Source of the DNA: Oopsacas minuta
Taxonomy: Eukaryota > Animalia > Porifera
Assembly (NCBI GenBank): GCA_024704765.1
Contig: JAKMXF010000339.1
Coordinates: 62,001 to 126,000, forward strand
Length of the DNA: 64,000 nt
Reading direction: 5' to 3'
This document shows, one piece after another, positions 27,101 through 40,300 of this stretch. A model generated the notes under the pieces. The model did no database searches. It had not been told where the DNA came from and saw only the letters and a list, made by a program, of their open reading frames with translations. The position numbers and the translations under genes are program-made. Position 1 is the first letter of the stretch. Every line of letters starts with the position of its first letter.

Positions 27101-28367
27101 ATTTTATGGCCGAAATGACGTTATCTGGTTGCTTAGTTAGCAATTATGTCAAAGAAATGCTCCAATGTTAAAATGCTATAAGGAGTTCATTAGTAAATTT
27201 ATCATTCAAATTTATAGCATGGGATCTACCGATACTGCAGCACAAAATATCGAAAATTTGTCATGATTAAGTTAGTTAGTTTCAGAGTCATAGTAGTGAA
27301 CATGAGTCGCATATTTGGGCCAATATTCATCTACAACTTGACATCCTTCAATGTTACGGCCAAACCAACTCTCACATATACAGTATATATCTGGCTTACC
27401 ATACCCTAATAATACATTTTGACATGATATCTCTGACAATTATGATAAAATCGTGAAATGATCATATATGGTATTATTGATAATATTATTTAATATTGGA
27501 GCATTTCTCTGACATAATTGCTACTAAGCAAGCAATTAACATCATTCCGGCCCGGAAAGAGTTTGAGGATATAGAATTTGTGTATTGTCAAATATAAATA
27601 ATACATTCATTCTGGTCAAAATGTACAATTGTAATTCTGACACTACAAATAGAATTTCAAATGCGAAAATTGAGGTATTGAATTAATCCATGATCCAAAT
27701 TTTCAGTGGCCAACATTGCCACAGTGTCCTGATTAAACACACAATGAACTAATTAAATATTTGATTCCGAATTGTAGAAAATTCAAATATGATGGAATAA
27801 TATTGATACACGGCAAACTCCATAGGAGGGGTCTCTGTAAATGGGAAGCCTCATAAGCGGGCAATTTTGTTACACCTTAATTCATTACATAGAAAGACCT
27901 CTATAAGTGAGAAGTTGGGAATGGAGCATACTTTAGAGAAAGATATGCCTCACACTCTCTATAAATGTGAAATCTACGAAAAACTTTCTTGAATAATCAA
28001 TTTTTGTGGTAATTTCGAAAAAATCTCTTTAAAATTTGTATATTAAACCAACAACCTTAGAGCATATTCTACTAATCAAATATCGTTGAAAAACAGTCGT
28101 TGGGGGAAATGGCAAAATATACTGCATCAAAAACCTTTTTCTAAGTCCAAAGATGACAATTAAGTTATAATTTCGTCAAAAATTAACCTCTAGGTACGTA
28201 GTGATGAGTATATCCTGTCACATAGCGACCCAAAAGCACTGACAAATGTGCCGTTTCATACTTATGCTAGGACAAAGGACAAACCCAAAGATACTTCCGC
28301 CCGTCGCATAATGACCTAGCAAGAGAAGTGCGCTTGTAGAATAGATAAACCCACATAATAATTGCGT

Positions 28368-28398
<31 letters not shown>

Positions 28399-31300
28399 GA
28401 TAAATATGTTATATGTTGGGAATTGATTGAAGAAACTGGAGACCACAAGGCCTGGTTGTGAAATACAGGGAATTTTGTGCCTGGCTCGGACAACTTTGAG
28501 TCATGGATGAAAATTTACACGTATGACAAAATTATGAAGTAATAGTCACCTTGCTGGATTTACGAAAAAAAGCATTATTACCCACTGCTCGCTCAATAAA
28601 TGTTAGATAGTTGAAATTTGAATCTTAGATTGATCCATCTGCTAAAGACACAATTTTTACCATACACACTCATCATGGAATTTTGCGCCATCATGACTGC
28701 ACCAAAACATCGAAATTTCCCTAATTTAATATTTAAGAATTTCATGATCTTCGAGGCAAGAAGTGCCCAGCCTTCCTACCAAAACCCACATAGCAGTTCC
28801 GTTATTGGAACTGAAGGCCATTAAATGGAATTTGGATGGACAATGAATAATAAAAATTTAATTTCAGTAAAGCATTAACCTCAAGTTCGAGGTAAGTTGT
28901 GTTGAGGATATTCGTGGCATAGCGACCAGGAGTATCAAGAAATTTGGTTGTCTAATACCTAAGGCAACCTGAGGCACTAAGCAGTCGGACAGCCACTTTG
29001 CAAGAGAAGTACGATAGTACTAACTAATTGCGGTTTAAGAGTATAGATATATGTATGCTTATATATATAAATGTTGGATGTTGAAGAAACTGGATTATCA
29101 CAAGGGCAGATTATTGGCATACTTGGGTATTTCGCGGCCAACTCGAAAATGGTCGGGGCTTGGAAGAAAATTCACACATAAGACAAAATTATGTCGTAAT
29201 TTGACCCTTGTTGATTTTCGAAATCTGACGTCATTATACACGTCTCAAAGAATATACATTTTATAAGATTGAAAATTGAATCACAGGTACTCCTCATTAT
29301 GCCACACGTTCTGATATCATGATTTTTACAAAATGCAAACTCATTATGGAACTATTACGTTATCATGACTGTATATACAATCCAAACTTTCCAAATTTCA
29401 ACATTTTGGAGATTCTCTCAAAACACAAGCACGAAGTGTCGAGAGTAATAACCACTAACAACGTATTAACTATAGTGCCATCTCAAAAAGTCTTTAGATA
29501 GAATTTGGAATTACTAAGGATACTAATTTCTGAAATTCCGCTATTGTATAGATTCAGGGAATTAGTGTCGAGTATATCATGTCGTGTAGCGACCAAAAGC
29601 ACTAAAAAGCCGTCATTGTGCACTTAAGCTAAATCAGAGGAACGAAGTATATGGCCACCTGTCAAGCAGGGACTTCGCAAGCGAAGCACGCTAATAGTGT
29701 TAGATAATAAATTTGTTGATCTAAAAATATGCACTCAAGGTTATTCAGGCGAAAGAGCGTTTCTGTAATGCAAAACAAAAAATTCATTAGAATCGGCAAC
29801 CGCATCCTAAGTACAAATTCACAAAGTATTGTGAAGCCTTATGTATACTAGACCATGTTATAGGTATACAGGATGTAAATATTATTAATGTAGTTAAACA
29901 AATACATAGGCTACGCATTACCCCAATAAGTCCAAACAAATAGTGAATATCAAGTAGTTCAAATTCCAAACATTTGAATAATTTCCAAACCTGTTTAAAT
30001 AAATCTTTTTTAGATTGAAGTGATGCACGATCGATCCATATTTTAGGGAGAAATACTTCAAATCCGCCTAACCTCCTCATAGATTTGTAAGTTGGTTTTT
30101 TTGGTTTTGATTTTCCAGAGTGGGAGCGTACACATTCAAACCATATTCTAATTGCCAGTAATTGAGTCAAAGTGGACACGTCAGCAATAAAGTACCCTAA
30201 ATTGAAACTCATATAATAGACTAAGGCATATCGTTCTATACAATAAGGCAATGGTACAAGGGGCACAGTGGTTTTAAACGGAATTTGGTAAGGAATAGGC
30301 AATTATCTGAGTCCTACCATTGTATTATGTATTATTTGCATATATATATATTATCGATACCAACGAGTCGATTGCTAGTAGAAATTTTCTTCTAAGACGT
30401 CTATTTTTCTTGATATTAGGTCATTGGAGTGTATAAACATTATTCAAATTATGGGTTGGTAATAATTGATTCAATAATGCTAAAATCGTGTGTACACATG
30501 ACCATAAACTATTTATCTATATACAAGTATAGTAACTATGGGAAACAGGTTAAGGAAGCGAATAGAGTACCTAAATTGGATGGGTGTTGGATATTATCTG
30601 ATTTGCAACATTTCGATCTCGATGAATGACCAGATTGACCACATAATTCCCAAATTAAACTTCGCCGAAAGCTTGCAGAAATAGGATCGCTCTGGGAGGC
30701 TAATCTCATGAAAACATCCAAAATATTAGTCTCGAAACTATTTTCCCTTGCCAAATTTTCCCGATATATTCGCACAAGTTTGTTAGAAGACTCTGTACCT
30801 TCTTCGAAGAAATCCTTCAAGCCGAATTCAGCATTGGACTCTCGAATTAACTCCTCAGAGTGGGGTAAGATTTTGTGTAGAGTTGGTATGATACTTGCCC
30901 AGGGAAATGAATCTAAAATCAAAAGATAGGTATTTTGGCACAGATTCCCAATTCCGGAGTGTTGAATTTCCTGCTTGAATTGTATACGTTGAGGATAGTA
31001 AAAGTTGGCATGAATTTTCGTTAAAGCTGGTCGATGGTCAATTGCAATGGTAGATAATACACATTTGAGGTAACAGTTTCGTCAGAAAAGGCCATTCGAG
31101 CAATATTCCCTGTAGAAGTCGTTCCGCCACTGGGATCGTTTAGGTCAACATTCAACCAGTTTTTTCCTGAATAAGGGAATGAATAAACTTCATGGATTCT
31201 TTAATAGCTGGAGAGTTTGTAGACCAACTCAATTTAATGATATGAAGATGATATACCAAAAGATTAAACCACCTAAATTATGCAAAATGGTAAATAGCAA

Positions 31301-34300
31301 CTTAATTGTATTTTCATAAAATATCTCCACCTAAAGATGCATGTATATGAATAAAGTGGAGATGCTGAATTTGTGTTGATAGTAGTGATAGGTGCATGAG
31401 TTAAGTTAAACGATCGTTTGGCGGAAGTGTAAAGAAGGAATCAAATCGTCAATATTTAAGAATAATTGAGTAATATCAGTAATTTTTCTGTGGATAGGGA
31501 ATCCATCAGTTATAAATTCTCTGTCCTTTAAATCTTTATGTGTGGCTGATACAATAGGCAACTTGCGTTCCAGCACCAGAAAGAAAAGCTGACATCTTCA
31601 CATCAAACATACAGGGTGTATCAAAAGTCTTTTCTTCTTATGAATACCACCATAATATAGAATTTCTTAGATAAATTCATCTAATTATTTGCCTATATAT
31701 TAACCTTAAGTTTTATACATAAATTAATTCGACTTGGCATCCCATCAACTAAATTCTCAAGTATCGACGGGCTAATCCCATTCCATATATTTTCCAAATA
31801 TTTTCCGAGCTGTGTTAAATTTGTAGCGGGTTTCTCTTGTCTAGCTCTGCTTGCATAATAGACCAAAGATTTTCGATGGGGTTTAAATCTGGGGAGTTAC
31901 TAGGTCAAACACCTTTCTCCCAAAAGCCAGGTAGATGCTCTGAAAGCCATTTCTGTGTCCTTATGGCTGTATGGGTAGGGGCGCCATCCTGCATGAAAAT
32001 TATCACGGACATCTTTCGACAGATTTTCCTTTGGGTAAGTGGGACTCTAGTCTTTCTACGCTTAAAGGTATGGAGACAACACTTCTCCAGGATTTCACTA
32101 ATATATAGTAGTCAGTATTCACTGAGTGTTTTGGAGGATGAAGTGTAGTTCTGATAGCCCTGACCGACTCATCACTCCCCAGACCATCATTTTCGGCGGG
32201 TTTTGACTGATTCAACTGGGGTAATGTTGTGCGGATTAATGTCCCAAACACGATCATTCTGTCTATTAGTTGGATAGAAAAGCTCAAAAGGGCTTTTGTC
32301 ACTAAAAAGAACTCTTTCCCAATCACGACCAGTCCATGTTTTGTGTCTCTGACATAATTCTAGCCTCTTTTACCTTTTGTTTTAAAGTCAATTTCGGGTA
32401 TGAGGGTCTTCTATAGGCTTTCACTCCGATTGTGTCGCGTAAATAACGGTGAATTGTGTCTTTACTAACGGTCACCGACTTAGACGAGATATATTTCGCA
32501 AGATTTCGGGTTGAATTGTAGCGTTTCCCGATTGATTTTCGAATTATAATTTTCGGAATCCGGGAAAGTTTCGTCGGACGTCTAGACCGGGGCTTGTCAT
32601 CAAGCAAATATCTAGCTCTATGCCTTTTATACCAGTTCCGAACTGTCCGAATTGTGATTCCAAGAGTATTGGCGACTGTTTTCTGTGTTGAACCCGCTTC
32701 AATCATGCTAATCGCTCGCTCACGAACAGCAAATCTCGGTTTCATGACAACCATGTATGAAATTTGTGAGGGTTGAGAAAATATTGAAAATATAAACAGA
32801 TTATCAAATAATGAAATGAAGTATTCATTATAGTATTGGACTACTATAGACTAATAATAATCTGAAAAATGGTCGGTTAGTAAACAATACAGTTCGATTT
32901 ATAACGACTTCAATCGAAGTACTGAGGAGGAAAAAAACTTTTGAGACACTCTGTAGATCGTACGATAGAAAATAATAACTGAACTACCTTGTATAGATAT
33001 GCTTCTTCAAGCTTAGATGTTTCTGGATTAATAATATCGTCTATGAATGTACGAATATTTGCTTCGCATTCCTTCGCAGCACACAGAAGATAGGTCTCTG
33101 CGAGAATGGAGAATTAGTAGAATTATTCTTCCAAACAACGCTACTTGATGGTGTATGCATAGAGAGCGGTTTAAACAAAACAAAAAATTCTTTGTGCTTG
33201 TGTTGGTGTACTGCTGGTTATAGATAGTATGACAACCAGAACCATCTAGACCATCTGCTATCCTAAAGGTCGGTGGGAAATCTTCACTGGTGGTGAGATC
33301 TACAGTAGATAGTATCGCTCCAAGGTTTGTTGGACTTGAAGGGAATATGAAGTGTATACACCAATTGGCTTTACTGGATCTGGATATAAATATATTGAGG
33401 GCCACGAAATACAAGATCGCGTAGATCTGCAACCTTGCTATAAGATGGAAAGATAATATTGTCTCCCAGTAATGTTTGATGAAGCTGTGTATACTTTCTT
33501 CTTCCCACTTCGAGTAGATCAAGCAGGAACAGAGCTTTATCGAATTGAATCAGTTGAGTATTATGATAAATGAACCTACCGCTCACTATTTCTTTAGCAA
33601 CCTTTGCAACCGGACGGTTATCTTCCTCATTAGCTATTAGTTGCAATAAAAGTGCGGCAATATCTATGGGCGTTGTGTTTTCGGTCATCGCAATTTCCTT
33701 CACTTGTTCCAAAATGGATGATAACCTGGACAGTTGTTGTTTTAAGGTAATCATTAACAATGGCTTCCTAGGATAAAATCTGATGATCCAAGTGAAGATT
33801 AAAGACAATTTTCTTAGGTCTTGTTCCCAAGGAATTTCTGAGGTCCATCACTCATTTATTAGTTGATCTGTTGATTTTGGATTTATTCAGATTACTTGAA
33901 CAATTTTCACATACGAAATAACTGACTCTCTCAAATCTTCCTCAACATTCAAGATATTAACAACTTCATCTACTGTATCGGAAGTTTATTGTCCTTCACT
34001 CTCAGAATATTAGCTAAATCACGGCGGTTTCGTGGAAATTTACTTTCAGCCATTGATAAATCTTTGATAAATGAATATTAACTCATTAATTAATGGATCA
34101 ACGTTTGTATTTAAATATCTAACTACTTTTGACGAATACAACAGTTATCATAATGGAGTGGTCAGATACATCAGTTATCATAATAAATAACATACCTAGT
34201 TGCCTAGCGACGGAAAATATAGAATGGAATTCACACATAAAAATTAAATGCACATTGAAGCGTATTTAGATAGTTTAATATGTCAATATATTACATAATT

Positions 34301-37300
34301 GAATAACTATTGACAAATTCTAAGCTATATGATGCTATCTATATTCTTGCGGCTCTTCTAATTTAGGAAATAATCGAATTTTGAAAAATTTTTGTGGAAA
34401 ATAAAAACAGAAAAATCTGGAAAGTTGGCATAATTTTCCAAGTATTCAAACCTTTAAATTGAATGAGGAAATCTTAGATTTAGTCTATGGAAGAAGAAAG
34501 AACAAAAAGATTGAAAATATATGAAAAGCAGCCAGATTGAATTTGATGAATATTTTCAAACTGCAATTATACATTTTCATAATGTAAATTCCATAGACTT
34601 TGACAAGCCAGCGTAGGCACTATAGGCGTTCAATCACAATTATTTGGGATTGCATAGAAAGTAAGTAATGGCGAACATATTCAAGTTCAAAAACATAATT
34701 GCATGACTATGAATATTTTCCCTATTCCGTGCCCTAAACCACTGTGAGGGGGTAGTCTAGAAGATGGTAAGCAAAATGTAGAGGTCCCTTGTTAAATTTG
34801 GGCACAAGGTATTACCTCAAATCAGATTAGTGCACACTATATTAAACGCTGAATTTCGATTCCCTAGATTAAAGTAATAATATTAGGCAATGATTATCTG
34901 AGGTATATACCTGTTTCCCATTCCCGCCGTTTAAATAAGCCAGGACCTATTGCCCAGAGTTGTCTGGTATGCGGTTGCCCATGACTGGATCATAGACCCG
35001 TACTTTTTTGAAGATAAGGATGGTAAAACCTGTACGGTGAACCGGTGGAGATACCTGAAAATGCTGAAAGGATTCTACCTTCCCAACATCAGGAGACATG
35101 GTGAACTGAATACTATTACTTTCCATCAGGATGGAGCACCCCCACACTATGCCAATTTAGTTAGGGACTGGCTACAAGAGAAGTTTTGTGACAGGATGAT
35201 TGGTCGTGGATTTGACGACTTCTGGCCCCCATATTCCCCGGACCTTAATCCTTGCGATTTTTACCTGTGGGGCTACCTGAAGTCAGTTGTGTACAGGGAT
35301 CCTGTTGCTAAGACACTAGAGGACCTCAAGAAGGTCATCAGAAAGAAATCAGGAAGATTAATGGAGAAACTCTGGCTAAAGTGTACGATAGCGTGCTTGT
35401 CAGACTAAAAAGAGTGCTGGGTAGGAAAGGGGCATGGATCGAGTACCTGATTAATGGCTGAAGAGGAAAGGATGATGTATTCACAAAACTAATTATCTAT
35501 ACTTTTAAAATCCGTTTACAGAATTAAGTTCTATTGTTTCGTTTTCAAATGAGAGCAAGTTACTTTTGATCAGACTCCCGTGGCCCACCCTGTAAGTATG
35601 CATATACGTAACTAATGATTATATTGTTGAACATATTGGTTATGAAATTCCTTTTACAATGTGGTGGGCTGGAAAAATTTGGAAAACATGACAAAGTACA
35701 AATGAAAATATCTTGAGAATGTGAAATTTCCCAACTATAAAAATCTCTGAAATATTAGCTAACATGGAATACTATGTAAATAATGTTATTATAGGGATAA
35801 CTATCCCGGGGCAACACCCCCCACATTTCAAAATTTCACATGGTGCCGGTATGTATATATTTGTATATTGAAAATCATCCCAATACACTGACAATTTGCG
35901 CAAAATGCTAGTAAAATTCGGGACAAACTTGGCACCCATTTAATTTCATCTAATATACACAAACTAAAGTATAAATCTTGCAAGGATCTACGACGAAAGA
36001 TGAGTGAACTGTAACGGTGGGTGTGTTTAAGTATGAGCAAAACAACACATATTATAATTAGCTAATGAATCTTTTGTCCAATTTTAGAAAAAATTTAATG
36101 GTATATCATTTCTTGAATTACTTTGTGCAAAATGTATATTGATAAGAGTTTGCACATTGATATACTCTAAATTGACTTCGAGTAAAATAGAATTTATGGT
36201 AGATCAAATTAGGTATATATGAACTTTACTGAGATGCGAGAGTGTCACATCTGTGTATATAGGGCGCCGTGACGTTGATAAACCTGAAATATACGTACGT
36301 AGCAACTGAAGAATTAAGGAAAAATTGAAAAATATACAATTTTATTACCACAGAACAAATCTTGACAAGTCTGAAAATATAAATAACTAAGAGAAGAAGG
36401 ACATCTAACCAAAAGTCCATCTAAATCGAGAGGAAGAATCCTGATTCTGAGGTGGAATATCCAACCATCACTCGATCGGAGAACTGAATCGGTCACCTAT
36501 AAATGTGAATCAAATGAATCAACTAAGCCAGGAGTGCTCAAACTTTTAAATCTACGAGCTACGTTAAATATTAGGCTCTGCCTTACGGGCCACAAATCAT
36601 AGATCACCTCAGGCTTTAGTTTAATCAATTTTCAATCTATACTATTTGACATCAGATTGCATTAACAATGGATTCTACTTGTAAATTCATGTTACTGACT
36701 TATATTATAATCTTATAAATGGATTCGAATCATTTGATGTCTCTTTTGAACTCAGCTTATTTTCTAGCAAGTGGACGATAGTACTAAACCTAGATTTGGG
36801 GTATACTATGTACTGTTCATACCAGAATAACATCGCAGAAAAATCTCGCCATTTCAATTTAGGTTCTGCTTCCTACGGTATACTTGTGAAGCTCTAATAA
36901 TTGATTGAATTCGTAAATAGCAACTATTGTTACCAAATACTTTATTAATACTAGGAATATTGATGCATTTGTAGAGTATCTATAATTATTTCTAAATGGT
37001 GTTTAGAAAAAACAATTATTATCTGATGATTGAAACATCTCAATCTATCCTATATATATGAATAATGAAATCAAGCAAATTATCTGCGGGCCACGGTTTG
37101 AGCACCCTTGAAATAAGCCATGCACCAGTAATGAATTTAGTACGACATTATTAAAATCTCAACTCCACCTAGAAATATTTCGTTCGCCACAATATTAATA
37201 CACCTTGTAGTAGAGCTGTTAAGCTCCCACTTTTCAGGATAGTGTGAATTTTTGATAAAAGCATAAAATTTTCAACATATCATCTACCATAGCCAAATAT

Positions 37301-40300
37301 GCATGAAGTCTAACTGTAGTTGTGCAAGTTGGACTATTGACAAGTTTGGCTATAGAACAAATTCTATGTTGATTCTGTATTTCAGAAATGGCGTATTTTT
37401 GCAGAATACATGTATAAAATCTGGAAATTTTGTATAAAAGTATCTATTAATTATTGAATATCTTCATTTTGAAATGAAAGATAAAATTTTAACGTTCTTC
37501 AAGGGATCAAAGAATGACAAGTACGTAATACATATATTCTGGAAAAATTTCCTGTAATATATAACTCACATAGAATTTGTTCTATAGGCTAAAGTATCTC
37601 TACTCCAAAATCCACAAGGTACTGTTTAAGTTATGTAATCCAATTTTATGCCGATATTCGTCATCAGCGTAAATTTCATTTCGTTTGAGCCGTCACTCGA
37701 ATATGTTTGGAATGTTTCTCCTAGCAACGCAGGAATGTGGCAAAATTCTATTCACAAAATTTGCCCTAACCCAATCGATTGACCCAGAGTCGAGCCGCTA
37801 GTCTAGGTGAGTCTATTTATAAACATATCAGCCCTCGATCAGTGCAGGGTTAAGTAGGTGGAAGAAGTGGCATATGCCACAGGCCCCGCGGTTGTTTGTA
37901 GACAAGTCGCAGGTACGCGAAATGATTTGTTTATCATGGCAGTCGTCCCAATATTTACCCTCTATTCCAATTTATTGGGTATAATATTAACCGACCACAT
38001 TATCTTAAGACTGATATATTATATACAGTAGAGTCTCCCAATAATTAATTTAGTTTAGTCGAATTTAGAAAATTCCTGCAATAGAATACTGAATCATTTT
38101 CTATCTGAATGCACAATTTATCACATGCACAGCGTTCTACTTTTCGTCCAAATTTATTTTCAAATTAGGGATATTGTTTTATACCTAGAAATTTTTCTTC
38201 AGCGTCTGTCCTGAGAGGGTCAATTTTTATATTGTTTCGTTTCTTGTAACTTTAGAACTATAAGGACTATGAGTGGTAGCGAGAGGGACATGGATCGCCA
38301 ATATGATTTTGGCGCGGAAAAACGGAAGGCAAGGATGAACGGGTCGAACAGGTAACTGAAGTTTAGACCAAAATGCCAATGTTAGCGGAACTATTTTTTG
38401 CCAAGAGCGACGCTGATAATTATCCTGGTACTGACGTTGCAGAACTGCCACGACGTCGCTAAAGAGTGCAGTGATCTTGCAGAAATGCCACCCCAGGAAC
38501 ATTGAAGTAGCAACAGGGGTTCAAGAGTATGATTTTGACCAGCTCTTGAACCCCTAGTGCTACTTGAGACACTTGACATGCCAGAAACTCCTTACAGTCT
38601 TTCCAATCCATTATCTTGCGATATGGGGATATGGCTCGCTCATGTTTCAGATAGCATGAGAGAATACTGGGCACCGAAATGGAGTGTTCAGTGCCAAAAT
38701 CTCGATAAAGATTTCATTTAATCTTCTACCAGATTTGAGGGAGAGAAATACAATCGGCAATGCCTAAAAAGCTTGTTCACATACACTCACCAGCTCACAA
38801 AACAGCAACATTCTCGAACCTGGCTCTGCTACTCGCCATCAGAGAACACAGTACTGTTATGCCTGCAAACTTATGGCAGATATCTCAGTGTTTGGTAAAC
38901 TGGGGATTAAGGACTGGAAACACGCATCTCAATAAATTTTACTAGATGAGAGAAGTTCAGTGCTCCCGTAGTTATGGGAAATTACTATAATTTATCGACA
39001 CAGTCTGTCATATTGATGCAGAATTTGTTAGACAAGCCAATGTAGAGCGAGATTACTGGCATGCTGTGCTAGATCGGGTGGCAGAAACCATCTGATTCAT
39101 ATTAAAGCGCGCTTTGGAAATTTCCCGGAACAGATGAGGTCATCGGTTCACCACGGAACGGGAATAAATTTGGTATATGTAGCTGTTGGGAAAATTCGAT
39201 CCAACAGACATCAATCAGAACGAAAATATAGGACGGTGTCACACTTCCTATCCGCCTAAGCAATATGCGACGAATTCATCTAGTTAATGGAAAAACAAGT
39301 ACAAGTGCTTGATCAAATTTTGGGGAAGTGAAGACGACCAAGTATGTCTCGGCTTCTGTTGACTCAAACCTAATGTTTCTCATGTTAATCAACTCACATG
39401 CATTCTTAGATACGTTCTGCCATCGGGTCGTGTTGAAAGATTCGTAACCTTCCTGGAGATGCAGGGTCATAGTGGACAAGAACTTGCGGAAAACTTGACA
39501 GTTTCTTGGCAGCGAACAACATTGATATTATTCACTGCCGCGGCCAGTCGCACGACAATGCGAGCAACATGAGTGGGACATTTAAGGGCATACAAGCCAT
39601 TCTTCGACAACAAAGTAAGCTGGCTGATTATATGCCCTGTTCTGCACATTAACTCAAGCTGGTTGGTCAGTCTGTAGCTGGCTGTTGGATTCTTCGGTTA
39701 CCTTCGGCGGTTAAACTCATTTTTCGCTGCTTGGAAATATCGTTGGAAACTTCTAAATGATCAACTTGAGAACTAAAGCCCACCAACAGTCAAACGAATG
39801 TCTGATACCCAAAGGTCGGCACGCAAAGATGCTACGAAAGCTTTGATAAGTGGCTATGATGAAATAAACGATGCATTGGAGGGAATCGTTGAAGACGTCG
39901 AGCAGAAGCAGAGCCTCGAAGAGAAGTCCGTTGACTCTCATCCTCAAGCTACCAGGATCTCAACACTGCCGTCGCAATCTACGAGTCCTTGATAAAATTT
40001 ATCCCCATACGGCGAACAATGTTTGAAAAGTTTGAGGCAGAGGGGAAGAAACTCAGCGAATGTGATCATTACTGTCAAGATGTTAGACGGGTCCGCTACG
40101 ATAAGCCATGCCCAGCTCCTGAAATGTCACAGACTCCGGCCAACAAATTCCGTACGGACACGTTCTTTGTGATAATTATATAATAGATAATGTTAATGCT
40201 GAATTAGTGAAGCGCCTTGAGGCATACACATGTATTGCTGCAAGGTTTTGGTTTTTGGAGGAACCTCGAAAACCTACCAGCCAAGCATGAAGTTTCAAGC

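Larger units (their letters stand above)
30264..34746 (-). mobile_element. RAG1-like/Transib transposon, both ends present, interrupted by a Tc1-like element
   Basis: CACAGTGGTTT at 30264 and its inverse ending at 34746; perfect 5-bp TSD AGGGG (30259-30263 and 34747-34751); about 3.14 kb without the insert. Confidence 0.9.

Noticed and set aside
29787-30302. 171-aa ORF next to the RAG1-like element as a possible RAG2-like partner
   Set aside because: It is on the same strand, lies mostly outside the TIR/TSD, has no Kelch repeats, and its core (29991-30196) is a phase-compatible FERM exon of the host gene.
36229-36283. Alternative next exon after exon 4 (GLSTSRRPIYTDVTLSHL)
   Set aside because: It runs into a stop or a non-matching phase; exon 29991-30196 completes the FERM F2 lobe far better. 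A minor isoform cannot be excluded.
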